Below are positions 39,727 through 49,368 of a stretch of 64,000 nucleotides of DNA, in pieces. The notes beneath the pieces are model-generated. The model saw only the letters and a list, made by a program, of their open reading frames with translations, had not been told where the DNA came from and made no database searches. Position 1 is the stretch's first letter, and the number at the start of each line of letters is the position of its first letter. The DNA is taken from contig OZ245838.1 in the NCBI GenBank assembly GCA_965228735.1, forward strand, positions 1 through 64,000, given 5' to 3'. This stretch comes from Planctomycetota bacterium (lineage in GTDB: Bacteria > Planctomycetota > UBA1135 > UBA2386). The position numbers were made by a program, and so were the translations under genes.

Positions 39727-40928
39727 CGCTGCTCCCGCGACCTGAGGTCGGCCGCGTTCGCCCCGAGACCGTGGCGGTTCGCGCCGGCATCGCCGAGGAC
39801 CCGACGCACCGCGCCGTGAGTCCGCCGCTCTACCTGTCGGCGAACTTCGCGTTCGATGGTTATGACGAAAAGCGCCCGTACGACTACACGCGCAGCGGCA
39901 ATCCGACGCGCGACGAGTTCGGCAGCGCGCTGGCGCGGCTCGAGGGCGGCGCTGGCGGGGTCGTCACCGCGAGCGGCATGGCGGCGATCACGCTCGTGCT
40001 GCAGCTGCTCGAGCCCGGCGACCTGCTCGTCGTGCCGCACGACGGCTACGGCGGCACGTGGCGCCTCGTCGACGCGCTGGCGCGGAAGGGGCACTTCGAG
40101 GTCGCGCTCGTCGATCAACGCGACGAGGCGGCGCTGATCCGCGCGTTCGAGCGGCGGCCGAAGCTCGTCTGGGCGGAGACGCCGAGCAACCCGCTGCTGC
40201 GGCTCGTCGACCTCGAGCGGCTCGCTGGGCGTTGTCGGAACGTGGGGGCGCTGTTCGCGGTCGACAACACGTTCTTGTCGCCGGCCCGCCAGAACCCGAT
40301 CGCGCACGGTGCGGACCTCGTGATCCACAGCACGACGAAGTACGTGAACGGTCACAGCGACGTCGTCGGCGGTGCGGTGATCGCGCGTTCTGCCGAGCTG
40401 CACGAGCGGCTCGCGTGGTGGGCGAACGCGTTAGGCATCACGGGTGCGCCGTTCGACAGCTGGCTCGCGCTGCGCGGCCTGCGCACGCTCGAGGCGCGCC
40501 TGCGGCTGCACGAGGAGAACGCCAGGCCGATCGCGGAGCTGCTGGCAGAGCATCCGGCCGTGGCCGCCGTGCACTACCCGGGTCTGCCGAGTCACCCCGA
40601 CCACGAACTCGCGAAGCGTCAGCAGCGCGGTTTCGGCGGGATGGTCAGCTTCGAGCTGCAGGACTGCGACGCCGTGCCGGACTTCCTCGCGAGTCTCCGC
40701 CACTTCACGCTGGCCGAGTCCCTCGGCGGCGTCGAGAGCCTCGTCGCGCACCCGGCAACGATGACGCACGCCGCGATGACTCCCGAGGTGCGGGCCGAGG
40801 CTGGTATCAGCGACGGCCTGATCCGCCTCAGCGTCGGCATCGAAGCAACGGCAGACCTGCTGACCGATCTCCAAGCAGCCCTCGCATCGGTGCCCGTACG
40901 GAACCTGGTTCAAGGTGCAACGCCCTGA
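39723..40928 (+). CDS. metB: Cystathionine gamma-synthase
   Basis: YDYTRSGNPTR, ETPSNP, HSTTKYVNGHSD and AESLGGVESL motifs. Confidence 0.95.
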   Translation: MTLLPRPEVGRVRPETVAVRAGIAEDPTHRAVSPPLYLSANFAFDGYDEKRPYDYTRSGNPTRDEFGSALARLEGGAGGVVTASGMAAITLVLQLLEPGDLLVVPHDGYGGTWRLVDALARKGHFEVALVDQRDEAALIRAFERRPKLVWAETPSNPLLRLVDLERLAGRCRNVGALFAVDNTFLSPARQNPIAHGADLVIHSTTKYVNGHSDVVGGAVIARSAELHERLAWWANALGITGAPFDSWLALRGLRTLEARLRLHEENARPIAELLAEHPAVAAVHYPGLPSHPDHELAKRQQRGFGGMVSFELQDCDAVPDFLASLRHFTLAESLGGVESLVAHPATMTHAAMTPEVRAEAGISDGLIRLSVGIEATADLLTDLQAALASVPVRNLVQGATP

Positions 40929-41052
40929 ATGCAGGCGGGCGACCGCGTTGCGGTGCAGGCCGGTTGGCGAAGTCGTTGGCAGATGCCCGCGTCGCCGCAC
41001 GCCGGCCCGGCACCGTGAACCCGGTACCGTACGGCCGGGTTTGGTGCCGCCG

Positions 41053-42786
41053 TCAGCGTTGGTCGAAGCGTGACATCAGCCAGCCGACGGTGACGACGGC
41101 GATCGCGCCGATCACGTTGTACCAGAGGAACTCGACCTTGATCGTGAAGTGCACGATGAGCACGCTCGTCATGCCGGCGATCAGGCCGATCGGGCCCGCG
41201 AGGCGGCCGGCGCGGGGCACGAAGAGCGCGAGTGCGAAGATGCCGAGCAGCGTGCCGTAGAAGAACGAGCCGACGCGGTTGATGAGCTCGATCACGCTGC
41301 CGCCGCCGCCGAAGAACGTGGCCATGAACGTCGCGACGACGCCCCAGAACAGCGTGACGATGCGGCCGGCCTTGAGCGCGTGACCTTCGCTGCAATTCGG
41401 ACGGATCCAGCGGCGGTAGTAGTCGACGATGGTTGCGGCGCTGAGGGCGTTGAGGACCGAGTCGATGCTCGACATCGCGGCGGCGAAGATCGCGGCGATC
41501 ACGAGACCGAGCACGAGCGGCGGCAGCTGGTCGAGGATGAACCGGCAGAAGATCTCGTTGCGGTCGCCGGACTTCTCGCCGGGTGGGGTGACGGCCTCGC
41601 GCGCCTGTTGGCGGATCGCGTCGACCTCGGCGATCGCGTCCTGGTAGGACTGCAGCAGCTCGGGGTTGCTGCGCGGACCGTCCGGCAGCGCCGCGACCTG
41701 CATCATGAGCTCGCGCCGCTCGGCGGTGGCGCGTTCGAACTCCGCTTCGATCGGCGCGACCACGGCGGCGACGGCCGGGTCCGCGAGCCGCTGCACGTGT
41801 TCGGTCTTGTAGAGCAGCGGCTGGCCGTTGACCGCGTAGAACAGCCACATCAGCACACCGATGAACAGGACGAACACCTGCATCGGCACCTTGGCGAATG
41901 CCGACAGCAGCAGGCTCTTCTTGCTCGCGCCCGCGTCCTTGCTCGTGAGCAGCCGCTGCGCCTGACTGTGGTCGCAACCGAAATAGGCGAGGTGCAGGAA
42001 CAGGCCGCCGAGCACGCCCGACCACAGATTGTACTTGTTCTCCCAGAAGCTCGGCTGACCCGCGCCTTCGGCGATCGCCGCGTGCGTCCGCGGCACGAGC
42101 TCGGTGCTTACCGGCACGACGTCGACGGCGTTCATCTTCCCGGCCGCCCCCGCGAGATCGAGCATCTGGCCGAACGTGAAGTGCTCGCCGAGATCGACGA
42201 GCAGCATGCCGAAGACGAACAGCAGCCCGCCGATGATGACCGTCATCTGCTTGACGTCGGTCCAGACGACGGCCGACACCCCGCCGACCATCGTGTAGAG
42301 CGTCGTCAGCGCGCCGATCACGAACGTCGCGGTCGTCGTGTCGATCCCGATCATCGCGCTGAGCGCGACCGACGGCGCGTAGATGACGACGCCGAGCGCG
42401 AGACAACGCGATGCGAGGAACACGAGGCCCGCGATCGCGCGCGTGAGCGGTGAGAAGCGTTCTTCGAGATACTCGTACGGCGTCAGGATCGCGCGGCTGC
42501 GGTAGAGCGGCACGAGGAAGATGCACAACAGGATCATCGCGAACGGCAGGCCGAAGTAGGCCTGCACGAACCCGAGGCCGCCCTCGTGGCCCTGGCCCGT
42601 CGTGCCGATCACCGTGATCGCGCTCGCCTGCGTCGCCATGATCGACAGGCCGGCGGCCCACCACGGGATCGAGCGGCCGCCCGCGTAGTAGCCCTCGAGG
42701 TCCTTGCTGTTCACCGACCGCCGCATGCCGTCCCAGACGACGTAGGCGATGAACAGCAGGAAGATGATCCAGTCGACGGTTCTCAT
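41053..42786 (-). CDS. Sodium:solute symporter (SSS family)
   Basis: WWAAGLSIMATQASA, YEYLEERF, VVWTDVKQ and AAAMSSIDS motifs. Confidence 0.95.
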   Translation of the reverse strand: MRTVDWIIFLLFIAYVVWDGMRRSVNSKDLEGYYAGGRSIPWWAAGLSIMATQASAITVIGTTGQGHEGGLGFVQAYFGLPFAMILLCIFLVPLYRSRAILTPYEYLEERFSPLTRAIAGLVFLASRCLALGVVIYAPSVALSAMIGIDTTTATFVIGALTTLYTMVGGVSAVVWTDVKQMTVIIGGLLFVFGMLLVDLGEHFTFGQMLDLAGAAGKMNAVDVVPVSTELVPRTHAAIAEGAGQPSFWENKYNLWSGVLGGLFLHLAYFGCDHSQAQRLLTSKDAGASKKSLLLSAFAKVPMQVFVLFIGVLMWLFYAVNGQPLLYKTEHVQRLADPAVAAVVAPIEAEFERATAERRELMMQVAALPDGPRSNPELLQSYQDAIAEVDAIRQQAREAVTPPGEKSGDRNEIFCRFILDQLPPLVLGLVIAAIFAAAMSSIDSVLNALSAATIVDYYRRWIRPNCSEGHALKAGRIVTLFWGVVATFMATFFGGGGSVIELINRVGSFFYGTLLGIFALALFVPRAGRLAGPIGLIAGMTSVLIVHFTIKVEFLWYNVIGAIAVVTVGWLMSRFDQR

Positions 42787-42802
42787 CGCGCGTGGTCCGA
42801 CC

Positions 42803-42946
42803 TCACGGCATCCGGATGTTGAACGTGGTGGTCATGAGCCACAGCACGAGCATGACGAGCACCGCGAGAACGGCGACGAGGAGATAGAGTCGTGGCCAGC
42901 TGCCGAGCGGCGGGTGCGTCTCGGTCCCTCGGTGGTCGTGCGCCAT
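42803..42946 (-). CDS. Small single-TM protein upstream of the SSS symporter (possible accessory subunit)
   Basis: 47 aa, PPLGSWPRLYLLVAVLAVLVMLVLWLMT; co-oriented, 16 nt upstream of the symporter. Confidence 0.7.
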   Translation of the reverse strand: MAHDHRGTETHPPLGSWPRLYLLVAVLAVLVMLVLWLMTTTFNIRMP

Positions 42947-43064
42947 GCGGTGTCCAGGGGAGCAGACGCCCTGTTGCCGGTCCAGCGTCTTGCCGCGGGG
43001 TTGTGGGCGCTGCGACAGCGCGGTGGAAGTGTCGGCGACCGGGTCTATGCTGCGGGGCCACCCG

Positions 43065-45290
43065 ATGGCCGACCCGATCTTCGAGGATCTCAACGAACAG
43101 CAGGCCCAGGCCGTCGCGCACGGCAGCGGTCCGCTCATGGTGCTCGCCGGCGCCGGATCGGGGAAAACGCGCGTGGTGACGCGACGCATCGCGCGGCTGC
43201 TGCGCGACGGCACGCCGAGCGGCGCCGTGCTTGCGATGACGTTCACCAACAAGGCGGCGGGCGAGATGGCGCACCGCGTGCAGCAGCTCGGCGGCGGCTA
43301 CGTGCGGGTCGCGACGTTCCACTCCGCCTGCGCGCGCTTCCTGCGCCGCGACGGCAGTCGCCTCGGGTATCCGGCGGACTACTCGATCTACGACACACAG
43401 GATCGTGACACGCTGATCAAGGAACTGATGCAGGACAACGGCATCAGCACGACGTCGATCCGGCCCGCGGCCGTCGGCAACATGATCAGCAAGCTGAAGA
43501 ACGCGGCGCTGACTCCCGACGAGACGATCCTCGGCGACGACGATCTCGGGCGCGCGACGCAGCGGCTCTGGTCGCTCTACCACGAGCGGATGAAGGACCA
43601 GGGCGCGATGGACTTCGACGACCTGCTGCTGCTGTTCCTCAAGATCCTGCGCGAGTTCCCCGACGTCGCGGAGCAGTACCAGGCGCGCTTCCGCTGGGTG
43701 CTCGTCGACGAGTTCCAGGACACCAACCGGGTGCAGTACGACCTGCTCAAGCTGCTGTGTCCGGCCGATGGCCCGGGCGGCCCGGGCAACCTCTGCGTCG
43801 TCGGCGACCCGGACCAGTCGATCTACTCGTTCCGCGGTGCCGAGGTGCGCAACATCCTCGACTTCGAGCGCGATTACGACCCGTGCACGGTGGTCCGCCT
43901 CGAGCAGAACTACCGCAGCACCGCGACGATCCTCCGCGCGGCGGAGAACGTCATCAGTAACAACGAGCAGCGCCTCGACAAGCGGCTGCGCACCGACAAC
44001 CCGGCCGGCGATCAGCTCCGGCGCTTCCGGGCGGCGACGGCGACGGAGGAATCGGCCGCGGTCATCGACCGCATCATTGAGCTGCGCGACGAGGGCGTGG
44101 AGCTCGACCAGATCGCCATCTTCTACCGCGCGCACTGGCTGTCGCGCACGCTCGAGCAGGCGCTCAAGACCGCGGGCGTGCCGTACACGATCGTCGGCGG
44201 CCAGACGTTCTTCGAACGGCGTGAGATCAAGGACCTGCTCGCGTATCTGCGCGTCCTCGTCAACCCGCTCGACGACGTGAGCATGGGGCGCATCATCAAC
44301 GTGCCGCCGCGCGGCATCGGGAAGACGTCGCTCGAGAAGCTCCGCCAGGCGGCGTTCCGCGAGGGGATGTCACTGCGTGAGGTGGTGGGGGAGCCGGAGC
44401 TGCACCAGGGGCTCGCGGCCAAGGGCAGGAAGGGGTTGCGCGAGCTCGCCGACACGCTCGAGCGCGCGAAGGCCGCAGCGGCGCACGGCGTGCACGCGGC
44501 GCTCGAGGTGATCCTCAAGGGCACCGAGTACGTCAAGCACGCGACGGGGTACGGCGACGCCGAGGACAGCACGCGCGAGGACAACATCAAGGAGCTCATC
44601 AGCGACGCGATCCAGTACGACGACGAGGCCGACGACGAGATCGAGGATCCGTTCGCCGACCCCGATGACGTGGCCGAAGCGCGCCCCGCTGGCGTCGCCG
44701 GCTACCTGCAGCACGTGGCGTTGCTCACATCGGCCGACTCCGAGGAGCAGGGGCCGCGCGTGCAGCTCATGACCGTGCACGCGGCCAAGGGACTCGAGTT
44801 CGACCACGTCGTCATCGCGGGGCTCGAAGAAGGCGTGTTCCCGAGCTTCCGCAGCATCGAGGACCCCGACGGTCTCGAGGAGGAGCGGCGACTGTGCTAC
44901 GTCGCGCTGACCCGGGCACGGCAGAGCTCGATGCTGACGCACGCGCGCGAACGGATGGTTGCGGGCAGCATGGAGTCGATGCGGGCGTCGCGGTTCTTCA
45001 AGGAGCTGCCCAAGGACGCGATCGTCGACTACGCGCCGACTTGGCGACGCTACGAGGTCGACGACGACATCGATCACGACAGCGGCTGGACCGTGACCGT
45101 GGATCCCGAGGTGCTCGCCAACATCCGCGTCGGTGTGCGGGTGCGTCATCAGGAATACGGCAACGGCGAGGTGCGGCGCATCGCCGGTCGCGGGATCTCG
45201 GCGCGCGCGGTCGTGCGCTTCGACGACGGTCGTGAGCGCGAGTTCGTGCTGGAGTACGCGGGGCTCGACCTGCTCGAGGACCACTATTGA
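43065..45290 (+). CDS. pcrA: UvrD/PcrA superfamily 1 DNA helicase
   Basis: AGAGSGKT, TFTNKAA, VDEFQDTN, VGDPDQSIY, TVHAAKGLEF and EERRLCYVALTRA motifs; C-terminal Tudor-like domain. Confidence 0.97.
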   Translation: MADPIFEDLNEQQAQAVAHGSGPLMVLAGAGSGKTRVVTRRIARLLRDGTPSGAVLAMTFTNKAAGEMAHRVQQLGGGYVRVATFHSACARFLRRDGSRLGYPADYSIYDTQDRDTLIKELMQDNGISTTSIRPAAVGNMISKLKNAALTPDETILGDDDLGRATQRLWSLYHERMKDQGAMDFDDLLLLFLKILREFPDVAEQYQARFRWVLVDEFQDTNRVQYDLLKLLCPADGPGGPGNLCVVGDPDQSIYSFRGAEVRNILDFERDYDPCTVVRLEQNYRSTATILRAAENVISNNEQRLDKRLRTDNPAGDQLRRFRAATATEESAAVIDRIIELRDEGVELDQIAIFYRAHWLSRTLEQALKTAGVPYTIVGGQTFFERREIKDLLAYLRVLVNPLDDVSMGRIINVPPRGIGKTSLEKLRQAAFREGMSLREVVGEPELHQGLAAKGRKGLRELADTLERAKAAAAHGVHAALEVILKGTEYVKHATGYGDAEDSTREDNIKELISDAIQYDDEADDEIEDPFADPDDVAEARPAGVAGYLQHVALLTSADSEEQGPRVQLMTVHAAKGLEFDHVVIAGLEEGVFPSFRSIEDPDGLEEERRLCYVALTRARQSSMLTHARERMVAGSMESMRASRFFKELPKDAIVDYAPTWRRYEVDDDIDHDSGWTVTVDPEVLANIRVGVRVRHQEYGNGEVRRIAGRGISARAVVRFDDGREREFVLEYAGLDLLEDHY

Positions 45291-46213
45291 GCGCCCGGGA
45301 CGAAATCCTCGCGGCGCTGCGCGCGGTCGTCGAGCGGGCGGCCGCCGAGGCGCCGGAGCTGCTGCCGGACCTGCCGGCCGAGCTCGCCGCGCTGCTGCAA
45401 CCGGAGCGGTCGCCGTTGCCCGCCACCGATGGCGCGGACGACGAGGGCGACGAGGACGCGGATTGGCACGGGCTGACCGGGACGTCCGAGCCGATGCTCG
45501 CGCTGCGGCAGATCGTCGGCAAGTTCGCGCCCGCGAACGCACCCGTCCTGATCACGGGCGAGAGCGGTACGGGCAAGGAACGGGTCGCGCAGGCGCTGCA
45601 CGAGCTCAGCAAGCGCAACAAGCAGGCGCTCGTCGCCGAGAACTGCGCGGCGATTCCGGACACGTTGCTCGAGTCGGTGCTCTTCGGCCACAAGAAGGGC
45701 GCGTTCACGGGCGCGATCGCGGACCACCCCGGGCACTTCGTTGCCGCCGACAAGGGCTCGCTCTTCCTCGACGAGATCGGCGAGATGCCGCTGCCATTGC
45801 AGGCCAAGCTGCTGCGCGCGTTGCAGGAGGGCGAGGTCCGGCCCGTCGGTGGCACCAAGGTCAGGAAGGTCGACGTGCGCGTCATCGCCGCGACCAATCA
45901 GGCTCTCGAAGCTCGGGTCAAGGCCGGGGCGTTCCGCGAGGACCTGTTCTTCCGCCTCAACGTCCTGCGCATCGAGATGCCGCCGCTGCGCTCGCGCGGG
46001 CAGGACATCGCGCAGCTCGCGCGTCGCTTCCTCACGGATGCGGCCAGGAAGGCGGGGCGGGAACTTCGCCTCGGCGACGGTGCCGTCGAGGCGCTGCTCG
46101 CGGCGAAGTGGCCCGGCAACGTGCGCCAGCTGCAGAACGAGATGCAGCGGGTCGCGGCGCTCGCGGACGGCGACGAGGTCACGGTGGCCGATCTGTCCGC
46201 GAACGTGCGCTGA
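45287..46213 (+). CDS. Sigma54 enhancer-binding AAA+ protein lacking the C-terminal HTH
   Basis: GESGTGKE, GAFTGA, LFLDEIGE and WPGNVRQL motifs; the ORF ends right after the AAA+ lid. Confidence 0.9.
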   Translation: MSARDEILAALRAVVERAAAEAPELLPDLPAELAALLQPERSPLPATDGADDEGDEDADWHGLTGTSEPMLALRQIVGKFAPANAPVLITGESGTGKERVAQALHELSKRNKQALVAENCAAIPDTLLESVLFGHKKGAFTGAIADHPGHFVAADKGSLFLDEIGEMPLPLQAKLLRALQEGEVRPVGGTKVRKVDVRVIAATNQALEARVKAGAFREDLFFRLNVLRIEMPPLRSRGQDIAQLARRFLTDAARKAGRELRLGDGAVEALLAAKWPGNVRQLQNEMQRVAALADGDEVTVADLSANVR

Positions 46214-46340
46214 CGCGCTGCGGCTCGTCCGTCGGCCGGCCGTCCGTCGACCGGCAGGCCGTGTTCGAGCGCGGCCCCCCGTGATGGCGATGCGTTTTTT
46301 TGGTATCGATAGCGCCGGGCCCGACCCCGACCCCACGCCA

Positions 46341-47564
46341 ATGCACCGACCCCGCACGCTCGCTCTCGCTGCCGCCGCCGTTCTGTTCGGTCTCGCGGCG
46401 CCGCTGCCGGCCCAGAAGAAGGGCACGACCAAGGACGACGAGGACGTCCTCAAGATCGAGAAGGAGTGCCCGTACACCAAGAACGACCCCGACGCGATGA
46501 AGGCGGCCGGGATCGAGAGCTACGGGCCGTTCCCGTGGGCGGATCACTACACCTCGACGGACATCGAGACGGTGCTCGGCAAGGGCCGGTTCCTCTGGAT
46601 CGAGACCGCGCACTTCCGCATCGGCTACAGCATGAAGACGCGGCCGTGGCCCGCGGACAACGAGAAGCGCCGCTTCCACAAGGACGAGATCAAGGAGCTG
46701 CGCAAGAAGCTGCCGAAGTTCCCGTCGCGGCCGAAGAAGTTCACGCCGTGGGTGAACCTGCACCTGTACGCGCACCGGCTCGAGAAGCTCTACGCCGATG
46801 TGCAGGACGTCCTCGGGGTCACGGACGCCGACTTCGGCGACGCGCCGCCGACCAACGGCAAGTACCTCGGCCTCGGTGACAAATACCTCGTCCTGATCTT
46901 CGAGAAGAAGTCGGACCTGCAGCGCTACTTCCGCCGCTTCTGCAACGCGGAGGCCGACATCTCGATGCGCTGGTATCACACCAAGACCCATCAGATGGTC
47001 GCGGCATGTGCGGCCGAAGGGCTCGAGGGGTTCGACGTCACGGCGATCCACTCGCACATGATCTACTCGACGGCGCACAACCTGCTCTGCGGCTACAAGG
47101 GCTTCCACCTCAGCCTGCCGTTGTGGCTCGGCGAAGGTCTCGCGCACTCGTTCACGACCGACATCCCGAGCGACGTGGCGAACGTGAATCTGCTCGACAG
47201 CGAACCCAACCCCGACCTCAAGATCGGCGCGTGGCCGATCAAGGTGCGGAAGCGGGCGCGGCACGAGGGCGTGTGCTTCCCGTTCGACGAGATGGGCAAG
47301 TGGCAGGACTTCGAAGCCATGGGCTACCAACACCACGCCCAGGCCTGGTCGCGCGTCGACTACCTGCTGAAGACCGACAAGCAGAAGCTCGCGTTCCTCG
47401 TGAAGCGCATCAAGGAGATCCCGCCCGTGCCGAACGCGGCGGTGCCCGCGGAGCGCATCGATCAGGTGACGAGGAAGCTCCTGCTCGAGCTATTCGAGCT
47501 CGATGCGGCGACGTTCGACGCCAGATGGCGCGAGTGGGTGCTCGACACCTATCCGAAGAAGTAG
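46341..47564 (+). CDS. Secreted hypothetical protein (peptidase-MA/DUF1570-like)
   Basis: Signal peptide ending LPA-Q; LPLWLGEGLAH and QAWSRVDYLL motifs. Confidence 0.8.
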   Translation: MHRPRTLALAAAAVLFGLAAPLPAQKKGTTKDDEDVLKIEKECPYTKNDPDAMKAAGIESYGPFPWADHYTSTDIETVLGKGRFLWIETAHFRIGYSMKTRPWPADNEKRRFHKDEIKELRKKLPKFPSRPKKFTPWVNLHLYAHRLEKLYADVQDVLGVTDADFGDAPPTNGKYLGLGDKYLVLIFEKKSDLQRYFRRFCNAEADISMRWYHTKTHQMVAACAAEGLEGFDVTAIHSHMIYSTAHNLLCGYKGFHLSLPLWLGEGLAHSFTTDIPSDVANVNLLDSEPNPDLKIGAWPIKVRKRARHEGVCFPFDEMGKWQDFEAMGYQHHAQAWSRVDYLLKTDKQKLAFLVKRIKEIPPVPNAAVPAERIDQVTRKLLLELFELDAATFDARWREWVLDTYPKK

Positions 47565-47756
47565 TCAGAAGCCGTTTGCCGCCGGTGGCTTGGGGTCGTC
47601 CGCGCCGCGAGAGGCAGGGCGATCGGGTAACACGCCCGACCCTGTCGACCACGGGCTCGGTTCAGGCTAGGATCCGGCAGGCCGATACTCCTGCCCATCG
47701 GTTCGACGACTGCCTCGACCGACCTTCCGGTCCGGGGCCCACGAAAGGCACCAATC

Positions 47757-48785
47757 ATGCATAAGCTGATCGTTCCCGTTCTCGTTGCGGCCATGGGGAT
47801 CGCCCTCGCGCGCCCCGCCGCCCCGCAATGATGAGGTGGTCCTCCGGCGCCCAGTTGGTCGCCAGGTGATGGAATGGGTGGCGGTGCCGGTCCTGCCGGT
47901 GGCGCTGGCGGAATGGGTGGTGGTGCCGGTGGCCCGCGCGGCGGAGCCCCTGGTGCGCCGACGCCCGGGGGTCGCGGTGGCGGGATCGCCCTCGACTTCA
48001 CCCGCAAGAAGACGGCCAAGAAGCTGCTGAAGATCGACTGGCAGCATCCGGTGTGGAAGCCGGAGGAGTCGACGACGCAGGACGGCAAGACGCAAGGCAC
48101 GATGGCGCGTCGCGCGCTGCCGATCGAGGAGGCCTACGAGGTCATCGTCGAGGGCGACAAGCGGCCGCTGCTCGTCATGCGCGAGTGTCTGCGCTGCAAG
48201 GGCACGGACCACGCGCTGCTGAGTCGGACCATGGACAACGAGCAGACCGTTCTGCTCACGCACTGGTTCCACTGCGTCAAGCTGCCGCCGAACATCCTCG
48301 AGAAGGATCACCCGCTGACGAACCTGTTCAAGAAGGAGAGCCCGACGGACAAGTTGCCGCACCTCTTCTTCGTGGACCCCGACGGCACGCACAAGACGCC
48401 GCTGCCGGGTGACCAGTCGCAGCGCGCCCTCTGGGGGACGATGTTCGAGTACCTCGATCGCTGCTACGAGGGCAACGCCAAGCGTTCGCTCAAGGACCTG
48501 CGCAAGCTGCTCGACCAGTACGACCGGCTCGACGGACTCGAGCAGGACGTGCTGAAGCAGCGCGAGCGCGAGATCGAGAAGAAGGGGCTGAAGTCGAACA
48601 AGCTCCGCAAGTACGAGAAGAAGCTCGAGAAGCTCGCGAAGGAACGTGAGAAGCTGCAGGCCGCGGAGAAGAAGCTCCGCGACCTGGCGCTCAAGGACCT
48701 CGCCGAAGGCCGCGACGATGCGGCTCCGGACGGCAAGAAGGAGCTCGTCGGCGCTGGCGTCGGCACGGACGGCGACAGCAAGTAG
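47757..48785 (+). CDS. Secreted thioredoxin-like protein with tandem in-frame TGA-TGA after the signal peptide (putative selenoprotein, U25-U26)
   Basis: SD AAAGG plus ATG 47757: MHKLIVPVLVAAMGIALARPAAPQ**GGPPAPSW, in frame with ORF 47874-48785 (Gly/Pro linker, RPLLVMRECLRC, LPHLFFVDPDG, coiled coil). Confidence 0.78.
47841..47866 (+). promoter_or_regulatory. Putative bacterial SECIS for UGA-UGA 47829-47834
   Basis: CCT/AGG, GGCG/CGCC and CC/GG stems with loop AGUU, 21 and 18 nt after the two UGAs. Confidence 0.5.
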
Positions 48786-48906
48786 CCGTTCGGTTTCCGT
48801 TCCGCGTTGCCGGCCGCGCCCTCGGGTGCGGCCGGTTGCACGTCCGGTCGGTGTTGCGTGGGGTGGGGTGCGGCAATCGTCGCCGCGCGAGATAGGTTGG
48901 CAGCCC

Positions 48907-49281
48907 ATGAACGCCGCCATCCTGCTCGCGATCGCTCTGGCCGGGGCGGTCGGTGCCGTCAGCCGCTTCGTCCTCGGCGACCTCGTGCGCTCGTTCGCGG
49001 GCGATTTCCCGCTGCACGTGCTCGTGGTGAACGTGCTCGGCTGCCTGGGTTTCGGCCTCTGCTACGGGCTCGGGTCGGACCGTTGGTCGGACGTCATGCG
49101 CGCGGCGGTCTTCGTCGGCTTCTTCGGCTCGTTCACGACGTTCTCGACGTTCGCGTTCGACTGCCGCACGTTGTTCGACGAGGGGCGCCTGCTCGCGTTG
49201 GGGCTCAACCTGCTCGGGCACAACGCCCTCGGCCTCCTGGCGATCGTCGCGGGGGTCCGGCTGGCGAGCATGTTCCGGTGA
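48907..49281 (+). CDS. crcB: Fluoride channel Fluc/CrcB
   Basis: GAVGAVSRF, VNVLGC and GFFGSFTTFSTF motifs. Confidence 0.95.
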   Translation: MNAAILLAIALAGAVGAVSRFVLGDLVRSFAGDFPLHVLVVNVLGCLGFGLCYGLGSDRWSDVMRAAVFVGFFGSFTTFSTFAFDCRTLFDEGRLLALGLNLLGHNALGLLAIVAGVRLASMFR

Positions 49282-49368
49282 TGGCGGGCGCCGGGCGCGC
49301 GCAGTGCGCACGGTACGCAGCGTGAATCCTGCGCAACCCGCGAGTGAGCGCGTATCATCGGCCGGTCC

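Noticed and set aside
46211..46341. TGA read-through of the sigma54 activator into the next gene or into an HTH
   Set aside because: The next ATG is out of frame (127 nt away) and the intervening translation is not HTH-like.
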